A stretch of 64,000 nt of DNA from Camelus dromedarius. Lineage: Eukaryota. Position numbers and translations under genes: made by a program. The notes below the pieces were generated by a model. That model made no database searches and was not told where the DNA came from. It saw nothing but the letters and a program-made list of their open reading frames with translations. Location: the NCBI RefSeq assembly GCF_036321535.1, contig NC_087437.1, positions 100,814,001 to 100,878,000 on the forward strand. Direction: 5' to 3'. This document shows positions 39,530-54,445 of this stretch, in pieces. Each line of letters opens with the position of its first letter. Within the stretch, counting starts at the first letter, position 1.

Positions 39530-39779
39530 TTTATTCCACATTTTTGGCCTTCTAATGGTCTATTCAGCTGTGTCTAAATAAGTTTTGCACGTGTTAGAAA
39601 TATCCACTCTAGCACCTCTATCAGAAGAAAATGGTAAATAGTGGTATTTCTTTGATATGTCTGATTACTTTTTTTGAAACCTAAAAAATACTAGCTTGAA
39701 ATAAATGGATGGTATGAATAATCCAGGTTAAAAATGATCTAATGAAAGAATGACAGTGTTAGTTAATTTAGCTTTTATT
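39530..39779 (-). terminator. TMPRSS15: Two candidate TMPRSS15 poly(A) signals (39774-39779 and 39530-39535)
   Basis: TTTATT on + (AATAAA on -) about 620 and 865 nt downstream of the stop. Confidence 0.6.
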
Positions 39780-40397
39780 TTGATACAGCGGTGACATATA
39801 GACTTGTACTAGTTTGCTAAGCTAGTTTAATAAGCTTATTTGAGAGAATTGTGCATTCAGTGTAGTCCAGGTCTGTGACATGAGCTTACAATAAGTATTT
39901 TTTTATAAGTGGAGGAAATATTAAGGATGTGCTCAAGATGGATTGGAAATGCATTTGGATAGGAAAGTAGGGAGACAATTGAGATTCTGATAATAGTGAT
40001 CAAAGCTAGAATTAGATAATTTATAGCAGTCTGTTTCAAACAATAACATACTTTGTGCAAAACAGTCTTATTTCCTTTCTTTTCCTAATTTTGCTCAAAC
40101 TTTAAGTGTAATAGTTTATACTTTAAAATAACATTCCTTTATAGAGAATATGATAAAAATGATTAAGACCATAGGAAATAATGATATCTGTGAAAGAATA
40201 GCTGTTCCCAATAAAATCAAAATGTATTGTTTCAAAGTTACTTTGTACTGTAAAGATCATTTTTCCACTCAGCATTTCAGTGGCTTAGTTAAGAATAAAG
40301 GCTTTTAGAAACAATTTTTTCAAAACTCTCAATTTTCATACTTCTTAAAGTAGAATGGGAAAGCTGCCTCATATTCATCTTTGTTTTAGGAAACAGT

Positions 40398-40592
<195 letters not shown>

Positions 40593-41714
40593 TCAATTGA
40601 CAGAAATATATACAATTATTTTTAGCAAATAAATTCAAAACTGAAGATCAAAACTTTGGTTTAATTGCTAGTCATCTGTATATAGTCTCACCATCACTTA
40701 AATCAAGGTCGAGAATGAGAACCTTTTGCTGTTCAGTAAGGACACGGAGAAACTATGACAACGAAAAAAAATTTGTATGTAATTTTTTATGATTCACTTG
40801 TATAGCAAGCATTTCCTTACTTTAATTATGGCAATTTACTGGGTACTAAGAAATTTTCTAAGGCACTACTGTGAGAGCATCCCAAGTAAAATATGTATTA
40901 AAAGCTAATCCTTTTAATAAAGGAGGTATGCCCTAAATATTATGAGGGTCTTTGTGGAAAAGACAATTATCCCACATTTGGTGCTTTAGAATAACTAAAA
41001 CCTCACACATAAAGTTGATTTTAATTCTCTTGGGTAGCATTCACTTTTTGGCATTAGACAAGCCCAATCAGATTTGAAAAAAACTTAACATTTCAACTGA
41101 AATAGGCACATCTATGATATAATTTCTAGTGATAGGCACACATGTTTTCAGCTGAGATTTTAATTGATGAAGTTTTTAATTTTCATAAATATTAATTATA
41201 GCAATTCACAGTTAATTACCTAGATTTTACTGCACATGATTATTTCCGTGTAATGCAAGTGAATATCACATAAACACATAGTACCATTATTTAATGACAG
41301 AATTGACAAAAACTTTCTCACATTAATTGGGCAAAATTTTTAAGTTAATCTTTTTTATATTTATGAAGGAACTTAAAGCCTTGTGTACTTTGGTTGAAGT
41401 CACTGGTACAATAGAATATTTCACCCAAGCTTATGTTAAAAATTATCCTGAGAGAGACTTTTTGCCTGATTCTTTATTATCTTTGGGACCTATATTTGAG
41501 GGAAAATAATGTGGTCTAGAAAATCACCCTCTCTCTCCTGGGTATAGAGGAGCATCAGTTGCATTGGCAACCACAGGTTGCTTCTTTTCTAGAAGTAACA
41601 AGTGCGTTCAAGCTGTTTGAAGGCAGGGATTGTGATTTTTATTTCTGTATCCTAAACCCTTCGTCTATATTTATGGAACAGTATCAATCCAAGGTAAGAA
41701 TAAATACAGGCCCA

Positions 41715-41879
41715 GTGGAAAAGAATCTCAAAGAATACATATATATGGATATGTGTGTGTGTATATATATATATACACACATATATAGATATATAACTGA
41801 ATTACTTTGCTGTACACCTGAAACATTATAAATCAATTATACTTCAATAAAAACAAAAATAAAAAATAAAAATAGAAGG
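41715..41879 (+). mobile_element. 5'-truncated LINE-1 3' end with A-rich tail and target-site duplication
   Basis: 'ataactgaattactttgctgtacacctgaaac...taaatcaattatacttcaataaaaa'; flanks ATAAATACAGGCCCA / ATAAATACTGGCTCA. Confidence 0.85.
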
Positions 41880-42423
41880 ATAAATACTGGCTCAAAGTTA
41901 TACGTGACCTTGAAATTCGTCAAAATAAACCTCAACTGTTTGGGTATTTTTAAAAGTAGTCATTTGGTTTTCTTCATATTTTCTAAACTGATTCAATTTT
42001 TTAACAGACAATAGAATCCAGACGTTTATTACACGGACACGGGTTTTCAGTTACCCCGCACATACCGGCTCTGTTGCAGTTATTCAAAGAATCCACCAGC
42101 AGGCTTAAGGCCAAACAGCTGGGCGGTCCGTCTGGTTGCGAGCCCTATGTCTGGTTCAAACACTTCCCACCATCTGAGACCCCATTTCAGTTCTATTCCA
42201 TTACTTCTCTCTGCCTTAATTTTCTGATTTGTTCAATGAAGGTGTCTCCTTCTTCCACTGTCCCAGAGATGTGTTAAGTACTCCAAAAATAGAAGTGGAA
42301 ATGTCCAGAATGTACAGTATTAACCTAAAATGTCTGCTGCCACTTAGACGCTCTACTGGAAAAGAAAAACCTCCTTTGACCTAGCAGCTGAGTGTGAGGG
42401 TTGGAGACCATCTTTGTTTAGAG

Positions 42424-42608
42424 GAGTGGTTCTTTAACCTCAGATCACGTCGGAATCCCTGAGGGCTTGCTAGCACACACTGCTGGACCTCCACGCCTGG
42501 AGTTTCTGACTCGGCAGCTCTCTGGCAGGGCCGGGAACTTGCCTGTGTAGCAGGTATTCGGGTGATGCTGATCTGCTGGACCAGAGGCCGTGCTTTGAAA
42601 AACCAGTG
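42424..42608. mobile_element. MER5A-like hAT MITE
   Basis: Termini 'gagtggttct' and 'aaaaccagtg'; internal 'gagtttctgactcggcag', 'ggtgatgctgat', 'ctttgaaaaacca'. Confidence 0.8.
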
Positions 42609-44526
42609 GCGTACAGAGCAAGGCTCGGAATAGTCAGCAAGATGGGTTTCTGCCATTTACTTAGTTTTATAGAGAGACAACTTTATACAGCCACACAGGG
42701 CACCTTAAAATCCAAACAACTGCCCCACAAGCACAAGCCGTTGGTAAACCAGAAGATATTCAAGAACGTGTAAATGATTAAGAAGGCAAGCTCTTCACCA
42801 CTATAGGGGGAAAAATAATGCTTCAGAGAACGTACTCAAGTGATGTCTCAGCAATGAAACATGCATCATGTAAAATAATGCGTTCTTATTTAATCGGTTA
42901 GTCCTCTTGTTTAACACAGTATTAAAGCTGAACAAAGACAACCTAGTGACTCGAGACTATTGATTACTCAGTCATGATAACATATCACACAAGGTATTGC
43001 CTTGTGTGGGAGCTTCCTTACTTGCTAATGGACAACATACTTAGACTCTCTGGAAATCAGAGCCAAGTATGACAGTTCAGAGATGTGGCATGAGTTACTG
43101 GCTTAATGTGACCCTAACATCAGTAGCGTCAACAGTCATATTTCCTACCTGGTACAGGAGGCGTCTGCCACGCAACCCCTATTAACTCTAATTGAAGTTG
43201 TACAGCTGATTTCCCTCTTGAACGATAATTCTATAAATCTCCCGCTAAGTGGCAATATATCTTACCTTTAGCACACTTTTCACTTTAAAAGGAAAGTATA
43301 AGATCAAAGATAAATTTTAAACAAGTTTGCTCTCCTATTTGTCTTCAATTTGCAGTGTTCATCAAAGCAGAATAAATGTAAAACAAAGCTGAATATTTCA
43401 CATGTCACAAGCCATTGACTTAACTAGAGGACACTTAGATCCACCTTCCTAAGTGTCTATTAAGAAAGTCTTGTATCAAGACAAATTATGACATATGCAT
43501 TAGTATGTGTTAAGATAAATAAGTTGTTTCCACGTTAACAAAATGAAACCATTTGTCCACAATATAAATTGCTACGTCCACATCTGTAAATTATTTGCTC
43601 AGTTCTGCTATCAGGTTTAATCTAATCCAGTAGATGTTAACGTATTAATATTTTATTAATTTTCAAATACAGAAAATATGCCAGAAAACTTATTTACAAA
43701 GTCTCTTAATAAAAATTGTTAATATTTTTGAGTGCTTACTTAGTGTCTTATATGTGTTACCTCTTTGAAACCCCTCAGCCATACCTAAGTGACTTGCCTG
43801 GTCTCACTGGTAAGTGTTAAAGCAAGGGTCAAATAGTTTGAGCACAGAATCTATACTTTCATGGCTACTCCATACTGCACCTACAAATTAATTATAATTC
43901 TAAAATCTAGCAGAATTTACTTTTCATTGAGTGTGTGTAGATTTCATGGAGCTCACAGATGGCTACATTATTTCTAGGTGGTTAAGACTTTTTTTATCTT
44001 CCAAGAGGGTAGTCTGCGAGTAAGGGTTTTCTTTGAAAGCCATGCAAGTCAAAAGCTAGTGATATTCAAATATGTTGCGCGCTATCCAGGTTGGTTTTCA
44101 TTTGGAAATTATTTTGAGTCACTGGATACCTGGATCATCCTCTAAACCAGGGTTGAAAACAAGGAGTCTAGGCCAAATTCGTCTGCAGATCTGTTTTTGT
44201 TTTCTTTGTATAGAAATTTTAAAGAATTGGAAATTTGGAAATAAATGCTTATAACTAAGGGGTACACTCTCCAGCTCACCCCCAGGCCCACGACTGCATA
44301 TTTTACTCAGCTGTCTGACATCCGCATTTTATCCCTAAAGACATCTGATTTGTAACCCTTGTCGGTAAAAATCCATTTTGTTTCTAACGCTAAGGTCCAC
44401 CCAGGAAAGCTATGCAAAAGCCACACAGAAAAGTAAAAAGTCACAGTTTTGAAAAAGAAGAAATGAAAAATTAGCACCCTGAGGATTTCTGTGTTCCCTG
44501 ATCCTTGTTGAGCAACGAAGTCATCA

Positions 44527-44718
<192 letters not shown>

Positions 44719-45636
44719 TCAACACGGATAATGCAGCCAGCCCGTCAGTCAGAAGTGATCAACATGCATCACTGAATGAGCCACCATCAGTCTTCTTTAT
44801 TTCAGCAGTTCACGCTCATTATCAAGTACTGTGTGTACGTATAAAGGAGCTAAATGCTAAACCTCGTACTTTCAAGCACATAATAAAGCCCATCTGTGGA
44901 TTTTGCCAAATGGATAACAGTAAAGCACTTCTTTAGTTTCCAAGGGCCAACAGGGTGGTAGATTAGACTAGATAGCCTTTAGGTATTTTCAGTAATTTTA
45001 AACAGTTACAGCATTACTCATGGGGGGAAAAAAGCCGACCAACATAAAGAGTTTCATTCATGGAAATTAGCAAAGGCTCAGAAATCCAGGCGTGCTTTTC
45101 ATCTGGCACCTGAAAAGGTGCTCCCGGATAATGGCATTCAGCTCCTGTGTGATGCAGTGTGAGCGAGCAGGTGCACACTGAGCAGGAGACAAAGCTCAGA
45201 TGAACTGTGCCCTGGTCTAAGGGCAATCAGCTTGTCAGCCACGTGCAGGTGAAGAGAAAGGAGGCATTTAGTGGCAGAGTATACTTCCACGCTTTTTACA
45301 AAAATGACTCATCTACTGGAAGCACGAATCTCTGTTTACAGGAATACTGATCCCAAGAGAGACATGAAAAACGCAGGTGTCTAGTGCCCTAGAAAAGGTA
45401 ACTGGTAAGCATTTTCTAATAATTGGCAGGTTTATTTAGTTTCTCAAGAGAGGCAGAAAGTTGAGGATAAGGGGGTACATTTGACAGCCAACATTGTTGC
45501 AAAAATGCAGGTGATCTCATTTCCAGCTAAGTTTAACACCCACACTAAGAAGATAAGAAATGTATGTATGTGTGTGTATGTGTGTGTGTCTACCTGCGTG
45601 TGTATAATTTAGGTGCAAAACAATGTACGTATAACC

Positions 45637-45822
45637 TAGTGGTGGGTTGATAAATGTTTAATAACTGATCTTCAAGAAATGAAAAACAAAGCCCCAATGT
45701 GTATTGTCTGCCAATTAGCCCGCTGTAAACACTCCAACCACGGTCCATTTCAGGGTGCCAGAGTGACAGTGAATGTGAAGTTGGGAGCTGATGCCAGCTG
45801 GTACCAGTGACTCCAGCAGCTG
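45637..45822 (+). mobile_element. MER63-like hAT DNA transposon remnant
   Basis: 'agtggtgggttgataaatgtttaataactg...gtaaacactccaaccacggtccatttcagg...gttgggagctgatg'. Confidence 0.55.
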
Positions 45823-47664
45823 GATGATTTTTAAAGCTTGACAATAGACTTTAAGTTTAAAAAGTGAATTAGAGAGGTTATGATGGAGGAGAACTTTCAG
45901 CATTTCACTGTCATTTGCTCTATGAAGATCAAGAATGGGCTGGTAGACTTAGCTTTATAATAAAGATCAAAGACAATTTTGCTGCTTGTCAAGGGGTAAA
46001 AAATTGGCTGGGTATGTGATAAAACTTTTTGGTAAAGGAAAATTTGAGCAGTGTTCTTACATGTGACATCTGTCAACATGAGTTGCCAAGAGAATAATTG
46101 AGAATACACATATTCACACACACAAAACATAAAAATGTCAGTAATGATATTTTAAGTTGACCAATTGCCTTAATTTAATTGACTACTTCATTACTTCTTA
46201 GTAAGCAACATGTTCATGATCTTCCTAGAAAATTAATTAGTGTAAAATACTCAAAGAGGGGAAAACTGAGGTTTTAGAAGTAGTTGGAAACCCTCAGACA
46301 AAGTTCATAGAATTCATTAAAATTACCATCACCCAGGAAGTATTCAAACATGATCTGTTTATTCCTAAATGAAATTGATCTCAGATGTAGATTTTTTTTT
46401 TTCTTGGCTCCATATCACTCTGAGAGACTTCCCTTAAGCCAATTAAATGCATATCTTTAGTACCAATAAGCAAATGGGAGCAAGTTTACTCAGCTCTTAA
46501 AAAAATAATAATTTCCTATGGAATAGAGTCTTATATTTTGTTAGTGGATAATTTGTTTTTTGAAGAGTACACTGTGGTCATAGATGTATTTTACTTGAAG
46601 TCCGATAGAGAAAATTTTTATCTAAGAATCATTGTTACTCTTTAGATTTCAGATTTAATAAGTCATGACATTTTTCAAGTGGAGGAAATAGAAGAATTTA
46701 CAGTCTTTGACTTCAGTGTATTTTATGGATGGCAGAAATGAAGCATTTCAGCAACATAATGTAATTGCAGTGAATAACGTTTTTTGGAATCATCAGGCAA
46801 GGATTCAACTTAGACTTTATGCTCACATTCACAAGAAGTAAGGATATTTTAGCTGTGAATCCTTTGTTGCTGGCATCTGCATCTTTCCGCAGGATTCTAT
46901 GCCTTTTCATCTCAAGTGCAATTAGGATTTTTAAATATCACGGCTCTGACCTGTTGTGACTGCAGAGACCAGGTTCTCCCACCAGACAATAGTTTTTCCT
47001 CTTTGCTTAACTATTGATGAGTTGTCAAACATTATCCTACATGGAGTATCTCCTATTAGGAATTTCAAAACCAATGAGCCTCACAGTTACATTTAGAGAG
47101 TATGAAGGCTTTTTTAAAAGTTTGCTTATTTTTAATATGCATCTTTTCTTTGATTGGAGAATGTGCTATTAAATGACGCTAGTGAGTCAATGGTATATCT
47201 ATTTATATTCTTCAATGGACGATTCAGGCCATATCTGAGTCTCCTTGTCAGTAGGCAGAACCAGCGTGATAAAACTGATCCCCTTCTCATTTTAGGGAAT
47301 GTGAGTGTGAAGCCTTTATGTGACAAATAATAATAGTTTTATTGATTTGAGAAATGTAACAGCTAATAATTGGGTTTTTGATGAGATTTTATTTTGATAA
47401 GACTTTATCCATGTTTTACAGAGATACAATTTTGTAGCCCTTGGTTATATTCATTTCAATAGCTGTATCTTTTCCCTTTATCAGAGTGTTTGTAATACTT
47501 AAATTAGATATTGAGTTTGGAGAATGCTTGAATTCCCCTCCAATAAAAATTGTAGTTTTATAATATAATTCACACAATTTGGGAAAAAAATTAAATTATG
47601 CAAATATACAACATATGAATATAAGCCTAACAGTGCTTTTAAGAGATTTTGCAGAAAACTGTTA

Positions 47665-47922
<258 letters not shown>

Positions 47923-49097
47923 TCATTTTCAACATTTCATCTAAACAAAAAAAATGTGTTTTTGTTTTATCCTGGCTGGACATTTTTTTGACATCAATCT
48001 TAGGGGAAAGAAGCTTTCCAGAGCAGCACTTCTTTGCTAGTGAATCAGGTACCACTGGTGGCTTTTTAAGTTCCTCCACATTGTCTCCTAGTTACTCTAA
48101 TGTAGACAATGTCTTAGTTCTGGAATTAGTCATTTATATTTGATTTCTAAATAATCACGGTACTTAATAGAATGTGGTGCCAGTTCTGTGAAAATCTTGG
48201 TAAGGCTGTTTCTCAGCATCAACTAAGAGCAACTTGTGCCAATGTTCTGAGGCTTCCTTGATTTTCCCCAACTATCTCCACATTAACAAAGCTTTTAGGC
48301 GATTGTTTCACAGAACCCTTATGGAGGCATTAGCACTGGTTGCTGGCTTTTTATGCACTTCTCCAACAACTGGCAAGCCTCCGAACATTTATTCAGCATC
48401 CACGACCTGTAAAACCCAGGGTAGACACCAAAGGGAATAAAAGGACAGGGTTAATACAACTAACCGTGGCAACAGTCTGCCCTGGACAAGTGCTCTGATG
48501 CACGTGGAGACCCAGTGCCACAGGAGCACAGAGACAGCAGCACTTCCTCCTGCCTGGGCACTGGAGAGTCTTAGAGTGAAGGCTGGAGCTGAGCAGAGCC
48601 CTTCGGGGTAAAGTTCACTCCCCCAGGTGATTTCTCGCACATTATCCAGGTATTTGGAGGAAGTCCTCCACCTGCCATTTTCATGGATGCTGTTGACTCT
48701 CCTTTGTGGGTAGCAGTTCTTACTCACTTTGCTCCTGGAACATACTCTCATCTCTCAGTTTGCTCTACTCTGACCTTTGTGGCAGGGGGATGTGCCTTTC
48801 TTGCACAGGAGAGCCAGAGAAGGCATGTATTAGAGTGTGACATTTTCTCTGGGCTGCTCCTCCGAGCCCACTGTTACAGAAGGCTCCGAGGGTTATATTT
48901 TACTGGTTAATTTCCTAGAAAGTTGGATTTAAGCACCTTGATGAAGGTAATTTAATATGTTTCTCTCCATTCCCCAATTCCATTTAAATTATAATGATTT
49001 CTGTAACAAATGATCCAACTTTTATGGACTATTAATGCACTGGTACTGATAATACTTAAATCTAATTTTGAATTAACTTGGGCAGATGAGATGACTA

Positions 49098-49349
<252 letters not shown>

Positions 49350-49525
49350 CTAGAGATCTTCATAGCAGGTGCTTCAGGGCTATGTGTTCTCATCCTCAGA
49401 TATCCTTGAATTTCTCTGAAGAATTCTTCTTTAAAAATTTTCCATTAATTTTTATTTTTCTGATCAGATCATAGATGAAGCCTTAATTAATGCTAATCTT
49501 TATCACATCTTTTAAATCATCTCTC

Positions 49526-49625
49526 TTTTTTTTTTTTTTAAACTGCAGTATAGTTGACTTACAATGCTGTGTTTCTGGTGTACAGCACAGTGATTCAGTA
49601 ACACATACATGCATACATTCTTTCA
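49526..49625 (-). mobile_element. Truncated LINE-1 3' end
   Basis: Poly-T then 'agtatagttgacttacaatg...tttctggtgtacagcacagtgattcagt'. Confidence 0.8.
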
Positions 49626-50499
49626 AATAACACTGTTACTTGCCCATCTCCCGTCTCTGATTTAATGAATCTGGGATGGAGAGGAGCACTTTTAAGAATT
49701 CATTTTCAAATTGAATCTTGAAGATTATGGTGCTGTATGGTGAGGTTTGAGAACCACTGCTTTATAGTGCATTCCACTGTGGTGACTGCATCTTGGTCCA
49801 GGGTCTCCTCAGACAACCACGCAGCTCGGGTAATAACGGAAAGAGGTTCAGCAGCATCTCTTGTTCGGGGGGGGGGGTCCTTGAATTTACAGAGTTCATA
49901 TAAGCAATACAACCTATTATAATGCTTATAAACTAACACACCAACTTGAGTGATTTCCACACAATGGTTTTCCACATACAACGTTGATATTGAGAATGTA
50001 CTGGTAAAAGATGACATTTGTATTGTAGGCAGATTAAATTGAAGAGTATATTGTAATTTGAAAGTGTACAGGGACTCCTAAATGTGCTATTGGCCTGCAA
50101 CACCTTCATGCCAATAAATGACCAGTGAACAGCTGGAATTAAGCCACCTGAGCCATAGTCACAATGATGTAAAAATTCAGTAACACAGTCTTAGCAGAAC
50201 CAGTGACTTAATTCTCAGTAGTCTCAAATGCCTAGTGTCATGTGCTATTTCAAAGGTTAAAATCCAAGTTACCTACAAATATAAAGGGGCATGAAGTTGT
50301 TTGAAGTCCATCTGTTTATCTTTCTATCTATTCATTACGTCGTTATATTTCCCAAAGGATTATGTTTGATCAAGTAGCAGTCATCCGCAAAGCCCAGGCA
50401 TTCAGTAAGCGTCCACTTACAACCACACTGCATTAAAATCTGAGGGAACTTCCTTGAGTGCTTCATAGCAATAGAACAACTCCCATTTATGGGGAAGCT

Positions 50500-50660
50500 G
50501 CTTTGTGCCGAGCGTGATGCCAAGTACTTTGACGGCATCATCTCATTTCATCCTTATCCCAGTTTCTACGGCTTTTACAGTTGGAACAAACTGGGTGCTG
50601 ACGGTTTAAAATGATAGGGTGGAGACCTGACGTGGGACTGACTTTAGAAGCTGCCCTTGC
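50500..50660 (-). mobile_element. Degenerate MIR SINE
   Basis: 'catcatctcatttcatcctta...ttttacagttggaacaaactggg'. Confidence 0.55.
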
Positions 50661-52104
50661 ACCAGGAGCTGGGGAGCCTCATGGAGCTCTTGGCAGGGTT
50701 CTGTGGGAAAAGCTGAGAACATTAGGGGCAGGAGGGGGAGACACAGAGTTACCTAGGCTCAGCCAGGGGCTGATGTCTCTGCTCCTAGCAGCTGGTTGCA
50801 ACTCCTTAACTGCCCAGATGCTGGGCTGGGAAGGCATTACGGTGCCACAGAGGCCCCTCTGATTGTCAAAAGGCCTTCTCACTCTCTCTTTTCCAGCACA
50901 GAGGAATCAGGACTTTGGTCAAGCTGGACATAATGATTATTTCAGATGTTCTGACCGCACCCACTCCCACTGAACCCTGGAACTCCCCTGCCCGCCCTGG
51001 CCTGCTCAGGGAGAAGGAAGGGATGGAGTGAAATCTCCTCCCTCATGTCCCATCCCTGAGTTTTTCCCTCTATCACAAGTTTGTTTCCAATAGCCAAGCT
51101 GATTGGGGCTGTCACTGGATTAGCATGCCTGTTAGGTAACAGCTGGTTACTCTTTTTAAAGAATTGTATGTTTTTATTCAGCATTTGATTTCTATATTTA
51201 CTCAATATTTAGAAGAAATTTAATCTTAAAATTGCCACACCATGTTTCCTCCTTTGTATTTGATTATATTTATTTACACATATTATAGTCTGCATTATAT
51301 GTTATATACCCAATGCATTTATATATTAAATTATAAATAATACTAACTATATTAATGGTATACCATTTAAATAATAACTATAAAAATTTGCTCAAAGGGA
51401 GTATGAGCCCATTATATAAATTCTATTTTGAAGTTAATAGAGTACATTTATTTAAAAAAATGATAGAATTATCTCCTTAAATGCTTTCTGCATATTTTAT
51501 TTTAAAAAATTACATAAAAGTTCAGAGTGCTATATGCAGTTTATTTGCTATAGATTTAAGTCAATGATAAAATAATGCAGTGTCAATAAAATAATGCAGT
51601 TCAGTAGCTAAATTCCCAAATTATCTCTCTTGGAAGCACTGTACTCCATCTGAGAACCATAAATATAATTACTGATATGAGACAGCTTGTAGGTAATGCA
51701 AAGTTTAGTAATCACCATTTTCTCTCATTATTTTAGAGTTTTGAGTAGAAAACCAATACGTGAACCACCAACTGTGAAGTTTAAACATACATGTTTCAAG
51801 CTCCTGGTCTAATGTGATTTACAGGAATGTTGTTCTGACACATTCTTAACGATACCTGAAATTGTTAACGTGCTGCATGGAATATAGCATTTTTCCTGCA
51901 TCTGTAAGTAGCACTGTGGAATGGAATTATCTCCCCAACACGTATCATTGCATTTCTCTCTCAAGTCTTACTCCACGTACACTTAATTTACCCACCACGA
52001 GCCCAACACCAACACAAGACCACCTCTTTCTCTCAGATGATAAAGACTTGAGAATACAGAAGTCATAGCCAATGGTACTTAAAGTTTATGAATCAACAGA
52101 AATT

Positions 52105-52195
52105 TGCTAAAATTCAGTTTCTTAGTTTCTACCTCCAGAGATTCTAATTTGGAAGGTTGGTGTGGGACCCAAGATTCTGTACTTTGTAATCACTG
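52105..52195. mobile_element. MER5-like fragment
   Basis: 'ctccagagattctaatttggaaggttggtgtgggacccaagattctgtactt'. Confidence 0.55.
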
Positions 52196-53489
52196 TTGGG
52201 ATACTGAGCAATACAAAATCCTCCCCAGATTTTTCTATCCTCCTAAAACCAAGAGATAGAAGAATAAAGCCTTCAGAGACATCATTGCAGATGAAGAAAG
52301 GAGACATGTTCCAAAAATATCCCTGTTTCAAAGCATCTGCATTCTAATTGACCAAGGAAATGTTATAGGACAGAAGACAGGTGGGGATGGGAACAGGAGA
52401 TAACCCACTGGCTAGGCAGACCCCAAGCCAGCAGAGGCTAAAGGGAAATAGGATAGCTTTAGGTAGGGAAAGTTGGCTGAACTTCTGCTACATTTAGCCT
52501 TTGCCTGCTCTGTCCAAGCAAAGTGTTTTCCTCAGTAGCAAGGGAAAGAAAGGTACAGGCTGAGAAAAAGCAGAGAGACATGTTTCTAACCTCAAAGACT
52601 AGCACACTTCTTGGTACACAGTAGGTGCTCCACAGATGCTGCACTGGATGGGATGAGCTGGCGCTACCCCACTCTATGTTGCTATGTGCTGCGGTGTAAA
52701 TAATGTCACTACTCCGAACATGAAGCTATCCTCTTCTAAGTGGGATTTTCATTGTGGTAGGAAATAAACGTGGTAAGGTAGATAGAGCAACACAATATGC
52801 TAAAAGGAAAAAAAAAATCAATGGGAATATATCAATAATATAAACTGAAAGTTTTTTATGTTCTACCATTACTAACGGTGGCATAAAGCGACCTCAGCAA
52901 GTTTGCCCACCGCCAAGCCCAATGTTTACCCACAGCACAATGCTTTTGGTCCCTATTACTATTCTCCACTGAATGGAAAGGATTCCTAAGAAAATTGCCA
53001 ACTCTAATTTTTAAAAGCAATTAAAATTTAGACTGCTTCCAAAACGTAGTGCTGTTGTCAGAGAGTAATGAACTTTTCAAGAATCTCAGAGGTAATTTTA
53101 AAAGAACAAAGGAGCCAGATTAAATAGGAAAACAACTTGAGCATCATATGAATCGTAATTATCCTAGTTAATAAAATGAATGCTTAATGAAGGGCCATGA
53201 GTCCATAATGAAACTTGAAAAAATAAAAGTCAAGTGTGTAAAGGGTAGTTCTATTGTAAAAGGAGGTGGACATTGAGGATCTGTTCACTTATTATTCCTT
53301 TTCGTGAGTAGGGACAAGAGTTTTATACATGTGGGTATTTTTATTTCATCTATTAAGTAAAAATCTGTTTTTAAAATATAGGTATGTACTTACTTAAGTG
53401 TAAAAAAGAGAAGTACAGCGAACCAAGAGTGAGCCAATTAATCATCAGCATTATTTGACCTGGTAGATTATTTCTCAAAACTAAAGGAA

Positions 53490-54445
53490 TCATCTCTGAG
53501 CTCCCTTCTTCACTCGACTTCCAAGACTATCCATGAACTTGTGATTTTCTTTTCATTTCACTCTCTGCTTGTCCTAGGTTTTCCCCCTCAGCTCTTTTTC
53601 TTCTCAAACTCTAAATATTTAGAACACTCTAGAATGTTGCCTTCCATCTTCTCTTCTCCATTTACACTAATGTCATGGATGATTGCATCCCATGCCATGA
53701 CTTTAAATGCCAGCTATATGCTGAAAGTTTCCAAATTTGTTTTCCAATTCTTGACTTCTTCTCTGAACTCTAGACTCACATGCCCACAACTGGCCAACAA
53801 ATACCACCTGGACTCTGGTAAGAAGTCTCAATTTAATATATAAAGATCAGAACTTTTATTCCCTTTCCAATTCCATTTCTTCACATTTTCCTTATTTCAA
53901 CACATCCTATTGCTCAAACCCAAACCCTTGGTTCTCCTCTTTCCTTCTCCTTATCTCTCTGCGATCATTAGTACACTCAGATGTCTCCAAGCATTTGAAC
54001 TCACTAATGACATCCAGACACTTGCTCGTCTTCCTCAGCCATAATCTTAGGACCACCGTTGTTTCTTTCTAACTGGTCCCCCCAGTTTCGCTCTTGCTCT
54101 GCCCAGCAGTCTCATCTCCACACAGATGCCTGATTAGTTAACATCACTCTTCAGCCTTCCAGATGGTCTTACATCCCATTTACCATGGCCATCTGAGTTC
54201 TCACCAGGGCCTCGGATCTTGTCTTGCCCATACATCCAATCCTATTCCTACTCCTCTGCCAATCACTTCCTTGTCAACAGCAGTAGCAGGGCTTCTCGAG
54301 GTTTCTGTCTTTCTGCCCTTCCCTGTAATATAAGCATTATTAGGGCAAAGACTTTGTTGGTCTGTAAAGCACTATCATCCCCAAAACTTAGAACAATGCT
54401 TGGCACAAGATAAGTGCTCAGTAAATATCATCTGACTGAGTGAAT
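53490..54445 (+). mobile_element. LINE-2 3' portion
   Basis: Pyrimidine-rich body with 'catgactttaaatgccagctatatgctga' and terminus 'agaacaatgcttggcacaagataagtgctcagtaaatat...tgagtgaat'. Confidence 0.75.
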
